Assembly (NCBI RefSeq): GCF_000281045.1
Contig: NW_008246100.1
Span: forward strand, 466,432 to 530,431
Direction: 5' to 3'
Source: Saprolegnia diclina VS20
Lineage: Eukaryota
Length of the DNA stretch: 64,000 nt
This document shows positions 53,780-64,000 of this stretch, one piece after another. Below the pieces are notes generated by a model. The model was not told the DNA's origin. It saw only the letters and a program-made list of their open reading frames with translations, and made no database searches. Position 1 is the first letter of the stretch. Every line of letters starts with the position of its first letter. The translations under genes and the position numbers were made by a program.

Positions 53780-54002
53780 GCGGGATATCTTGTCTTGCTT
53801 GCAACCAATAGGACAAGCGCCATCTGCTTGAACGCGTTTTATGTTCAGGTTTTTCAATTATTTAACGTTTAAATGGTTTTACGCGGTGCATGACGAGTTT
53901 TACGTACGTTTTACTCCGCCGTGTAGCATCGAGTGGAGGCTCTGGGAACGCTCAAGCTTGCGTGTTGCATAAAGGTATAGCGATGCGTCAAGATGCGTCT
54001 TC

Positions 54003-55198
54003 TTAGCTAGTAGCTCCGTGGCGTGGCATGCGGTAATATTTCTTCTACCAAAATACAGGTCAGGGCCCTCATCCTCATAATGCCACGTCATATGTACCTG
54101 GAGCGACTTGGTGGTTCGGCACGGCAAAAGCACCTTTCTCGCGTGGCCTTCGACCAAGATGGCCGCCCAGTTGCGGCCGTGCACGGCCATGAGCTTGGTG
54201 AGCGCCTTGGTTTCTTTGGGCGACCACGCGTTGCGTCTACATAGTGTAGTTGGTCGCAGGCGCAGGGATCCAAGTCTGTCTTACGGAGCCAGGTTGACCA
54301 CGTCGACAGCCGTCTTGGCCTTGTACGGCAGGGGCTTGGCGGAGACGTGCAGGAAGCTGTGCTGTGGCGACGCTTTCTTGGGAATCGGACGCGCGTTCCC
54401 GGCGGTCGGAGACGTTCGCAGCGTACGGTATCGCTGCAAGCGCAGTGGGCTTCCTAGGGGCTGCAGCGGACGACGCACCAGGCTAGCGCCTGGCGGTGCA
54501 GGTCGCATGCGCTCGAGGGCGCTTGTGGGGAAAGGCGAAATGTGCGGTGTAGTGGGGATGGACGACGTGCTGTCGGCATCTGCGGAAAGCGCCACCTTGA
54601 GTCGACCGACGATAGCGCGAAGCCAATCGTTGGACTCTTCTGCCCCGCGCATCGCCAAGAGGTCCTGCAGAGATTGGTCCATGGGTGCTTCAAGGGGTGC
54701 AACACCGTCGGTGGTGCGTTCTTGGAGCTCCGAAATGTCGTGGACCTGCTGCGCCAAGCTGGGCATGAGGCTCTTCACATGCAAGAAGAGCCATGCGTCG
54801 AATACGGTCGGCGCGGCTTGCATGGTGTCGACGAGGGCGGTGTCGAGCGCAGCGATCAAATACTGCCGCGCGCGGCGCTCGGCATCGGCGCGGTGGCGGG
54901 CGACTTGGTTCTGGATCGCTTCCTCAAGGCGCGCATGCACGCGCAGCATCCGATCGTGCGTCGCCATCTCGCGCTTGGTCCCTGAGAGCATCGGAGGCAC
55001 GATGGGCTCGGCGAGCTCGGCCTCGTCGCGGAGGCGCTGGACGAGCGCCGGCGACACGAGCAACAGGTCCTCGAACTGTGGCTTGAGGAAGTACTGCGAG
55101 AGCTGCTCGGACGCCATCGCGGCCATGAAGCCCGCCTTCCACTGCGGAAAGGCCGACCAGCTCCCGAGCCGCGGGCCCGTGTACGGCTGGCGTTCCAT
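54003..55198 (-). CDS. Array gene B: truncated copia-Gag-like domain + Myb/SANT domain
   Basis: YTGPRLGSWSAFPQWKAGFMAA...LSQYFL and ARQYLIAALD...TVFDAWLFL. After an intron (~54237-54284) comes WSPKETKALTKLMAVHGRNWAAIL...CRTTKSLQ/KKYYRM. Confidence 0.72.
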
Positions 55199-55342
55199 TT
55201 TGCGATCTTGCATCGCATCCGGACGAACCAGGCTGGCACCGTATCCGGATGCCAACGCCTCCGGCGCCACGTCATCGCGCCTCGCCCGCCAGTCCAGCAC
55301 GCATGCGCAAGGTACTACAAATCACGCTGAGAAGACAATGCA

Positions 55343-58269
55343 TTAAATGGTCACATGGGGCACGTCGTAGCTATAGGTACCGACGTCGCCAGCGTCAGCT
55401 ATCGATCCGCGTCCTTGCCGTTCGAGCCAGCGCATTCGGGTCTACGCAGAGAGAGACATGAGCCCCTGTGCCCAGGAGCATGCATGGACCGTACCCGAAC
55501 ACTGTCTGTCGTGCGGCTTGGCAAGAGCGTCTTGTCGTGGTGCCCTGCAGTTAGCACACGGTCCCAGTCCTGTCCATGCGTCTGGACCAAGCGTTCAAGC
55601 GCCGCCGTCTCGTCGGTCGACCAAATCCTATGCAGGCGAGGTCAGTTCGAACTACTACAAGGCCAGCATTACTCGTTGCAAGCTACGCCATCGCCGTCGC
55701 TACTGTTGGCGCGTAGGCGTTTCTTGGTCGTCGTTAGCGGCAGCGTAGATGGGGCTGGCTCGGTACGCTGCCGTTCGTTGTTGGGTTTGGTTGGCGCCAC
55801 GTAACCCCGGCGCAAGCACTTTGTCTTCTTGTGCTTGGCGCGCATAGGGCACTTGTTGTCGTAGTGGCGTGTGGACTGGCAGTACGTGCAGAAGCGGCGA
55901 TCTTCCTCAACGAGGTTATCGCTGCCAAGCTCTGGAAACGTCATGCCGTATGGGAGGTCGTAGTCGCTCCGAACGATCGTGTCGCGCACCGCCTGCGCCA
56001 AGCGCTTGCACGCTGCGTCGACGTGTTGGGTTCCATGGCAGTAGGTGCAGGTGGTGCGACTACGAGATTCGTCATCTTCTCGTCGTTTCGAAATCGCGTC
56101 CTTCGTGGCCGCAGCAACCGAGGACAAAAGCACCTCTGGCGAACCCCGGTCGGCGGCTTCTATCGATAAATGTACTTAGGCTTCAAAGGGGCTCCAAGCA
56201 CACGTACCCTGCAAAGGCGGGGTCGACGTGCGGGATAGCTGCATCGGCGGCAATGACGTCGTCGCGTCGGCATTTTCGGGTTGTAGGGCTAGGTAAACGG
56301 AGCGACGCTCGACTGGGTGCAGAGGCGACGCCAGAGAGTCTTCTTGCATCGTCGCCTCATACGCGGCAGCCAGCATCGTCGCCGCCGGTGACACCAACAT
56401 GACGTCCTCTTCCGCGTTCGTGTCGGGAAGAGTCGCAGCGTGCGTGAGGAGGCAACACTGCAAGTGCGCAAAGTCACCGCTGGGCACATCGGCGAGCCAC
56501 AGTGCAAGGTCGCTGCGCAAGTGACACTGCAACGCGCGCACCAAGAACGACATCTTGAGGCTATCGACGACGCTGTGGTACAGCGCTGCATGCGTGCTCG
56601 ACATTGGTGGAAGCGCAAAAGTTGCGTAGCGCGCGACAGCCGCCTCGAGCCGCTGGAGGAAGAGCGCGGCCTTGCACCTCGGCGAGTACGTCATTGCTGC
56701 CAAGTGCTCGAGCAACGCTGCCTTGGTGCCGTCGGGGCTGATGCAGTAGCTTCCGAAGAGGGCTTGCCACATCTCGAACGGCGACGAGGCGTCTTCAAAG
56801 TGGCCGTGGAGCGCTCCATCGACAGCCGATCGGAGATACGCGGCAGCCTCCTCGCCCACCTCGTAGGTCTTGGCGGCATATTTCGCATGCAAGAGACCGC
56901 GCATGTGGCGAAGACGTCGACGAACACGCATGTCGTGGTCGGCGATCGTAGCCTCGGACGGTGCCTGTGGCTCGGCGTCACGCGCGCTGGCGTGCACCTC
57001 GCGCAGCTCGGCGGGTGTGACGAGCTTCGGGTTGGCTTGCGCGTCGACCAGCGTGTAAAACTCGACGTAGCAGTGCAAGGCGGCGCGCGCGAGGAACGCA
57101 GGCTTCCATTGCGGGAAGTCTGCCATGTCCGTCAGCACCGGCCCTTCGTACCAATCGCGCTCGGGGGTTCGGTCGTGTGCATGTGGCGAGGCAGCAGCGT
57201 CGGTATCTTGAGCATGTTTGGCATCCTCACGCACGACGCCGTCTTCCTCTTTGATCACACCTGGCGACCCGTGGCTGGGTGCATCCATTGCCAGTCCATT
57301 GTCGCGGTTAGGGCAGTCGTCGTCTCGGTGGCGTGTCGACTGGCAGGTTGTGCAAAAGCGCCGCGTCGTTATTTGGAGGCGAGAAGCGTCGCTCATCGAT
57401 GGGTACGTGGAACCACTTGGGAGCACGTACCCAGCCCGCACGGTGCGCTTCTGCCGCGCCTGCGCAAGGTTGTAGCAAAAGGCGTCGACATGTTCCTTGG
57501 AGTGACAGTAAAAGCAATATGCGCCGTCGAGGTGCGCCATCATTCGCTGCTTGAGAAGCTCGTACGACAGAGGCTTTGTCTGCTCAAACGAGCCCGTGAC
57601 GTCGACGGGCCAGGCGCGTGCAAACATCAAGACCTTGGTCAAGTCCATCACATTCGCCTCAAACCTCGGGTCGGCGCTGCAGCGGGCTTTCCCAAACGAG
57701 TGGCAAAGGAGAGACTGCGCGTACTGCTCCGTCGACGCCTCCAGACGCGCAAAAAAGGTCCGCGGCGCTTCGCCATCCTGGACGCGCAGGGCAAACATGC
57801 CGCAGAGACCGACTGCAAGACTCTCGGGACTGCTGACAAGGGTGCAAAGGCGCCCCCACATCTCGTATGGCCCGCCGGCGCCGTGCAGCAACTCGCTGGA
57901 GATGGCGCTGTCAACAGCAGCGAAGAGCAGCTGCACTGCAGCGAGCATCTCGTTAGCGTAGAGCACAGTGCAAGCGCGGTCCACCGACTTCTGGACGTAC
58001 TCGTCCCGAAGACTCGCGCGGCGCTTCTCGGCTTCACGGCGCTCGGCACGACGGAGGTCGAGCGACACCTCGAGGAGTCTCGAGTCGGCCGTCACCGTGA
58101 AGGCGTCCATCGTAGCAGCCGAAATGCGATCGGCGAGGGTCGGGTCGCGGTAGTCGGGCGTCGTAAAGTACGCGTCCAGCCCGCGCATGGTGGCGGCGGC
58201 CAAGAACGCCGGCTTCCACGTCGGGAGCTCGTGACAGGCGGTGAGCACGGGACCGCGGTACACTGCCAT
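55343..58269 (-). CDS. Array gene C: two tandem [copia-Gag-like + 2 CCHC knuckle] modules + Myb/SANT domain
   Basis: Module 1 YRGPVLT...WKPAFLAAA...LDAYFTTPDY; module 2 YEGPVLT...WKPAFLARA...EFYT. Knuckles at 57475-57516, 57313-57354, 56008-56049 and 55849-55890. Myb WSTDETAALERLVQTHGQDWDRVL...SRTTDSVR/TRMRWL. Three predicted introns. Confidence 0.75.
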
Positions 58270-58329
58270 CGTCAAAGAAGATATTGCCAACAACAACGCT
58301 CGCATCCAAGATCGTTCGGCCAACTCAGG

Positions 58330-58342
58330 TGTTTAAACAGGT
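58330..58342. promoter_or_regulatory. Candidate shared promoter element TGTTTAAACAGGT upstream of array gene C
   Basis: Identical 13-mer lies upstream of gene D (60325-60337). This copy is 61 nt from the gene C ATG. Confidence 0.45.
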
Positions 58343-58745
58343 ACAACGGGGTCACAATAGAAAAAACGTTTCGATTTCAGAGGGTAAATGACTACGTTTT
58401 TCAAGCTGCACGAGCTGTCGCTACCCCAAACCCCACCGCAAAGAGGTCATGTTTGACGCGGATTGTCGATAGCAGTGGCGACAGACTAGAGCACACCTTG
58501 CGCCATTGTTCTGTTGACGCGTGCATTGTGCGGTCAGAAAATAAGGGAAGCTCGGCGAGCAGTCCAAGTCGGCGGCTACGTGTATGTCTGTTCACTCAAA
58601 TAGAGACCTTATGCTAGGATGCTCGAATGTCTGTACGGGTGGTGAACCAAGCCTGTCTTATTGTCATCACCCATAGTCTTGACCCACGACACAGCAACAC
58701 AGTAATGAAAGGCAAGTATATCAAAAGGCTCGAACCAAAAGGCGA

Positions 58746-60249
58746 CTAGATGATTGCTTGGGGTGTCATCCCCGCGCGCATTCGCTGCAGCTTTCTCTAC
58801 GAGATCGAGTATCAGCAAGTGCTAGGACTCGTACAAGAACAGTACATATATGCCTTCGAGTCCGCGGCCAGCCAAAAGGCCTCTGGCTTGTGCCTTGGCC
58901 GCGATGCGGGGCGCGTCGTTGCCGTACTTGGCGAGGGCCTTTTCGAGAAAAGCCATCTCGGCGGCCGTGTAAGCGCCCGACACCATTTGCGGGTTCAACG
59001 ATTTCTCGAGGTGACACAGTTTGGTGTACTTGCTCTACAAAAAGGATCGTAGAGCGCTGTCAGCAGCGTATTCGGAGCGTTGTACCCGAAGGCTGCCCTC
59101 GGTGCGGCTCGGGTGCAGCATCTTGTTTGAAATGCCCTTCTGAAGTACCGTCGTCCACTGCCGCCCGTGCCTTGCTACGAGCTCCACGAGACGCTGACAT
59201 TCGCCGTCTGTCCACCTAGGAAGCGACATGAGCGTGTCGATCCATTGCTCTCGAGCGAGGTACCAAGCGTGGCCTTGCTCCTCGTCGTCCTTGCTGTTGC
59301 TGCTGCCATCTCCCTCCTCGTTTTCGCTCATCTCGGATGCGGTCGAGATGTACTGTGTCTCGTCGCACGTCGCGGCCACTGGCAGCGACGAGGCCTGGTG
59401 CCGGTTGGCCGCATTGCTGTCGAGATCGTCGAGGGCACGCTTTCTTTTGCGCTGCTGCCCGGCCCCTTCGGAGCGTTGGAGGGACGGAGGAAGGCGCCAG
59501 TGTGTGTAAACCCACTGCTTTAGACTCCCATAGTCCCACGACGGATTGCCAAGCCGCCAGTCGCGCAAGGTGTCGTGGAAGCGGGGACCGACGGCCTGCG
59601 CGAGCAAGGTCGCTCGGAGCCGATCGACGACTGCATCGCCTTCTGCCGACGCCGCCAGTGGTCGAAAGAGCGCCTTGGTGTAGCGGTCAATAGCGTCCTC
59701 CAAGCGGCTGCAAAAGGCACCCGCGGACTCGTATCGATCGTCCTGCACGGACGATACGCGGTCGAAGAGCTCGATGAGATCACTGTCCCGAGTCGCGTCC
59801 TCGCTTCTCTGACGCAGTGCCTTCCACATGTCGTATGGACTGTGCAGCGTACGTACGCAGTCGCGGAGGCCCGGACTCAGCGCCGAGCGTAAATGCTGCG
59901 CGGCGCGCCGAGCCGCGCGCGTCTTGATCGCCGCGCACTCGGCTATGACCGCAACCGTGATGCGGTCGTTGACAAGACGCTTTCGCCGATGGAGTGCGTT
60001 CTCGTACGCGGCCACGGTCTCTTCGGGGTGCAAGTACGGCTCGGCAAACTCGGCATTGGTCGTAATGAGGTGCATCTTGGCTGGCGAGATGTAGTCGGCG
60101 AGGTCCGGGTCTTCATACTCCTTGGTCGTGTAGTACTCGCGGAGGTTGAGCTCCTCGGCTGCGTCGAGGAAGCCGACGTACCACGTCTCAAAGTCGCCGA
60201 TGGCCGCAAGCAGCATTGGTGGCGGCGTCGTTGGCACACCCAAGCTCAT
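58746..60249 (-). CDS. Array gene D: copia-Gag-like domain + 2 Myb/SANT domains (no knuckle)
   Basis: LAAIGDFETWYVGFLDAAEELNLREYYTTKEYED and AAQHLRSALS...SPYDMWKAL. Myb WTDGECQRLVELVARHGRQWTTVL...SRTEGSLR/SKYTKL and YTAAEMAFLEKALAKYGND...GRGLEGIY/RKLQRM. Confidence 0.75.
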
Positions 60250-60324
60250 CCCTTGGATTTCGTTGGCCTCTACCGCGATGCCATTGGTCGACAGTGACGA
60301 ATCAGCGTGCAGTGCTTCAAAACA

Positions 60325-60337
60325 TGTTTAAACAGGT
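60325..60337. promoter_or_regulatory. Candidate shared promoter element TGTTTAAACAGGT upstream of array gene D
   Basis: Identical to 58330-58342; 76 nt from the gene D ATG. Confidence 0.45.
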
Positions 60338-60428
60338 TTAGCCCATCGCGCCAACGTGCACGAGCATGATGGCGAATTGCTGTTTCATTTGGCAGAAGTG
60401 CGCGATTCGAATTCGTTTACCCTATCGT

Positions 60429-61532
60429 TTAACGTCGTTTGACATGGGCGTCGGACGAGTCGGCAATGGAGATCGCCCGCTCGCGTCCCTCGGTCTTGAT
60501 CCGAGCTGGCTCTTCGACCTGTCGGCGGCGCTTGCGAGGTGGCACCTGATCGGTGGCGTGAGCGCTGGCCTTGGTGGGCTGCACGCACGTTGCTTCCGAA
60601 TGTCTCGTCGACTGGCAAAAGCTGCAGCTCGGCTCCTTCTTGACGGGCAGCCCGTCGTGCACTAGCTCCTGCGGCGGACTGGCAGCGCGTGCTGCGTGAT
60701 GCGCCGCTTCCATTTGACTCACGACGTGCTGCTTGATGCGAGTGTAGTCCCAGTGCGCAAAGCCTGCTTGCCACTGCTCAAACTGGTCTCGCAAATGCGG
60801 GGGCAGCGCATTGGCCAGCAGCGCGACGCGGAAGCGGTCGCCCACCACGTCGGCGTAAGACTGCGTCGCATCGCTGGCACTGCCGGCCGCGGTTAGATAC
60901 GGCACAATGTACTCGTTGGCGGCGATTTCAAAGCGCTCAAAGAACTCCATAGCGTCCTCGCCGCGCATGTGCTTGATCTGCATGGCGCACTGGAGCTGGC
61001 GAAAGAGTCCCGCGCCAGTCGCGTGGATCGGTGCACCGCGAAACGTGGTGTCGAGCCACGACCAGATCGCGCTTGGGCTTGAGAGAGCGCTGGCTTTCGA
61101 GCGCAGCGGTGGCGCCAACGCAGAGAGAAGGTACAGACGCGCGGTGCGCAAAGCGCGACTCTTCAAGTGCGCTGCTTCTTTTGTCAACGCCAGCGCGACG
61201 CGCTCCTGCACGCGGGCCTGGCGACGTTGCATGTGTTTTTCCCACTTGCGAGCGCTCAACCCACTCGGCACCTCGGGCTCGGCGCACTCGGCGCGGCTCG
61301 TCAAGAGATGGGTCTTGGCCGGGGAGATAAGGTCGGTCAGGACCGCGTCTTCATAGTTGGGGTTCGTGTAGTACTTGGCGAGGCGCAGGTCGCCCGCAGC
61401 ACTCAAGAACGCTACTCGCCATGCAGCGAATCCGCCGATTGAAGCCAAATGTGGGCCCTGGTACACGGCCGACACACTCGCAAAGCTCATCGGTCCAGCC
61501 ACACGCGGAATCGTCGGCAGTTCTTCTGCCAT
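60429..61532 (-). CDS. Array gene E: intronless copia-Gag-like domain + 1 CCHC knuckle (no Myb)
   Basis: YQGPHLASIGGFAAWRVAFLSAA...LAKYYTNPNYED, ARLYLLSALA...SPSAIWSWL, HMRGEDAMEFFERFE, LLANALPPHLR...WDYTRIK. Knuckle CSFCQSTRHSEATC at 60585-60626. Confidence 0.75.
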   Translation of the reverse strand: MAEELPTIPRVAGPMSFASVSAVYQGPHLASIGGFAAWRVAFLSAAGDLRLAKYYTNPNYEDAVLTDLISPAKTHLLTSRAECAEPEVPSGLSARKWEKHMQRRQARVQERVALALTKEAAHLKSRALRTARLYLLSALAPPLRSKASALSSPSAIWSWLDTTFRGAPIHATGAGLFRQLQCAMQIKHMRGEDAMEFFERFEIAANEYIVPYLTAAGSASDATQSYADVVGDRFRVALLANALPPHLRDQFEQWQAGFAHWDYTRIKQHVVSQMEAAHHAARAASPPQELVHDGLPVKKEPSCSFCQSTRHSEATCVQPTKASAHATDQVPPRKRRRQVEEPARIKTEGRERAISIADSSDAHVKRR

Positions 61533-62356
61533 CCGGTTGCTCAACCGTTACCCGCGCAAACGAGGCAACCGAGACCCGTGGTTTGCTGTGCGCCTGGTTG
61601 GGCAGACCGATGCGTGGAGCGCCCGTAGCAACGTGCTGTCCTTTCTTCCCTGTAGCTTGGCAGTCCCTGGCTCGAGCTCACAGGGCTAGGTGTCGTGTAG
61701 CGTGCTGGTGACGGCAACGGCGTCGACTCAAGCACCCACAAGAACTGGTGTGACTACAGGGAAATGAATGAAAGTTGCACCTGGTTATTCGACAAGCGCT
61801 CTGCAGACTGACCTCCATGCTCCATTTGCTTGGGTTGTGCAGCAGTTGCACGGAGCGAGCTGCTCCTCACAAATTTGTAGCCAAAGCAGCGGGTGGTCAA
61901 TACACTGTATGGGATTGTGGTAGTTGAAGTGCAGACCAAGCGACTACAGGGTCTTGGGTGCGTAGGTCGATTGCGCTTTGCGGTGAAGTGCTCAACATTC
62001 CGCTATTCGCAGTCTGCTGGTGATCAATCGTTGAGGCTCGCGCTGGAGGCCACCAACAACGATCAAAGCCGCTCGCAAATCAGATTCTGTACGGTACACT
62101 GGCCGCAGCATGGGTGCCGGTAGCCATCGTGATACCTTGATTCAGCATCGCGATGTGGCTCTGTGGGGCTCGGGCAGCCACCCAGAGAAGAAATCTTCGC
62201 TACAAAGCATGCTACTGCTACTACTGCTACTACACTTCCGGTACCGTACTAGTACATCGGTGTCTTTCTTCCATACAGTGTCTTTTACACTGTACATACA
62301 CAGTATTACCGCAAAGTTCAACTTGGCTGGATTGTTTCTCGGCGCGTAATGCTACA

Positions 62357-63076
62357 TCACGGCGTCGTTGCCATACTGGGTTCGCCCGTCAATGGCGGCT
62401 CTCGGACGACGTAGACGTTGAGGCGCAAGGGAAGCGCGGATGCTGTCGACGCTATTGGGTACAGCGCTCGACCTGGCACATACGGCTCGTCTGGCGTAAG
62501 CACCCACGAATTTTGCAGCTCCTCCTGGACCCTTGTCTCGGGCGCCGCGCTCTCTTCGTAGGTATCGACATACAAGCGAAACGACTTGGTGAACGGCGTG
62601 CCCGCCGGTGCGACCGCCACCGCTGGCGCCGACGCGATGTGCACAAGTGCCTTCCGAAAGGCCTCTTCAATTGCCACAAGCGGCATCTCACCCTTGGCGC
62701 TGGCGTGGACGCCGACCTCAAAGACGCACGTGTCGAGGACCTCGCCCGACGCTGCAAGAATCGCGACGTGCAGCTTGTCCAGTCGCCCGTCGACGATCCA
62801 CGCGCGACAGCTCTCAAGCATCGTGTGAATGTACTCGCCAAGCGCGGGATGACGACACACATGCACGGGCACGCTGTATTTTTGACAACGCTCAAAGAGC
62901 TCTAAAGGAAATTGAAGAGATGTGCGAAGAAGACCGCCGTACCTGGCGGGTAGACTTGCCAGCCATAGCTACAGCAAGGGGCGTGAGCGGTGGCAGCAAG
63001 CAGGAGAAGCATACATGAATTCGTGGACCCCGACCTCGAGGAACTCGACAACGAGGTCGGCCAGCACCGTCGTCAT
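62357..63076 (-). CDS. MAD2L2: HORMA-domain protein REV7/MAD2L2 (Pol zeta accessory subunit)
   Basis: Spliced translation MTTVLADLVVEFLEVGVHEFIYGWQVYPPELFERCQKYSVPVHVCRHPALGEYI matches the REV7 N-terminus. Two short introns. Confidence 0.88.
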
Positions 63077-63675
63077 CGTCTTTGTAAACGACCGTCGGAT
63101 TGGTGGGTTTTTGGCCAATCATACGCGATTGCAATGCAAGACTGGCCGTTCGCCCGGCGGAAAGGTCGGTCGATCGGAGTTGTGCTGTGCTGCCACTATC
63201 ATTCTCTGCAGTGCAATCTTCCACTGCCCACTGCGGCCAAATGATCTGCCGCATTGGGTGAATGCGCGCCTTTTCTTTGCGTCCGCTTGAAGGAGCGGCA
63301 TCGGATGCTACTAATAGCCCGCTGAAACAGTGTTGCTCGCTGCTGGCAATGCATACACTGTACGAGTGTGCGTCCAGTGGCCAGCACCCATGCCCACCAC
63401 CCCGCGACTCATCCAATCGTTCATCCTCGGCCGTGTCCAGCTAGCTGCCTTGCCGCCGATGGTCTTCGATCGGACAACCACCACGTCCATCAAGGGAAAT
63501 CGTGTCTATTGTTCAACAGTGTATGCTACCTCACAGCAAAAAGACATGTCTAAACTACAGTGCGCGCGGAAAATGGGCGCCGTGGACGAGCATCAGGTGT
63601 GCGCGGAACGTCCTGCGCAGTCGTACGACAAGAACGTCGTGGCTAGAGTTACATGGGTCGGGCAGCGGGTGCAAG

Positions 63676-64000
63676 TTAGCCCGTGCGGAGGCGCTTGAGC
63701 GCCGCGGCGGCGTCCGACGTCGATAAGGATCGCTTCCTTGTCTTCTGGGGCGACGACGGGCCGGCTAGCCGTTCGGCCTGCACACACACCACAACGTCGC
63801 AGGCGGCGCTTGTCGCGTCCACGGCCTGCACGAGGGTCATCTGCACGACTGCGTTCATCGTTTGGCCGCCAACGGGCTCATCGTGCACAGAGGCCGAGGC
63901 AGTGATGGTGTCGTTCAGGAGCAGCGTGGTCTGGAGGCGCGAGACCGCGTACTTGCCCGAGAGCTCCTTCTCGAACGCGTGGCGGCAGTGCGGGCACGTG
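63676..64000 (-). CDS. 3' end of a hypothetical gene entering from beyond the window (TCPHCR may be the end of a RING finger)
   Basis: Open frame from the window edge: TCPHCRHAFEKELSGKYAVSRL...LKRLRTG*. Confidence 0.5.
   Translation of the reverse strand, partial: TCPHCRHAFEKELSGKYAVSRLQTTLLLNDTITASASVHDEPVGGQTMNAVVQMTLVQAVDATSAACDVVVCVQAERLAGPSSPQKTRKRSLSTSDAAAALKRLRTG

Noticed and set aside
221..58617. Long antisense ORFs (e.g. 44220-47162 +, 35515-37677 -, 56440-58617 +)
   Set aside because: Shadow frames caused by the high GC3 codon bias of genes on the opposite strand; no recognisable domains.
51772..61532. Intact LTR retrotransposons
   Set aside because: No pol motifs (protease, GKGY integrase, YVDD RT), no LTR-like direct repeats or PBS seen, and the genes contain spliceosomal introns.
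62211..62233. (CTACTG/CTA)n microsatellite
   Set aside because: Too short; ordinary simple repeat in intergenic DNA.
1..64000. CRISPR arrays, tRNA/rRNA genes, RxLR/Crinkler effectors
   Set aside because: No spaced direct repeats, RNA-gene signatures, or signal peptide plus RxLR/LFLAK motifs recognised by eye.

Overview
Eukaryotic, GC-rich, very gene-dense DNA with many ~40-55 nt GT-AG introns and one assembly gap (~13909-14333). Gene content and intron style suggest an oomycete, probably Saprolegniales (inference). About 1-51.6 kb holds mostly housekeeping genes: TRP-like membrane protein, Kelch-BTB, myotubularin, DAG lipase, PP2C, a SANTA+SANT (KNL2/Mis18BP1-like) protein, EF-hand protein, mitochondrial Kae1/OSGEPL1, IQ/WW protein, zinc-ribbon protein, SPT2-like protein, AGC kinase, HUWE1-type HECT ligase, CDC123, USP, PX protein and AP-1 mu. 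Several have unusual domain fusions. The standout is a ~10 kb head-to-tail array (51.8-61.5 kb, minus strand) of five divergent paralogues. They look like domesticated Ty1/copia Gag genes (Gag N-terminal and capsid-like motifs, seven CX2CX4HX4C knuckles in total), four are fused to C-terminal Myb/SANT domains interrupted by position-conserved spliceosomal introns, and no pol or LTR is visible. REV7/MAD2L2 and a partial gene follow. Domain calls are by eye, without database searches, and exon boundaries are approximate.
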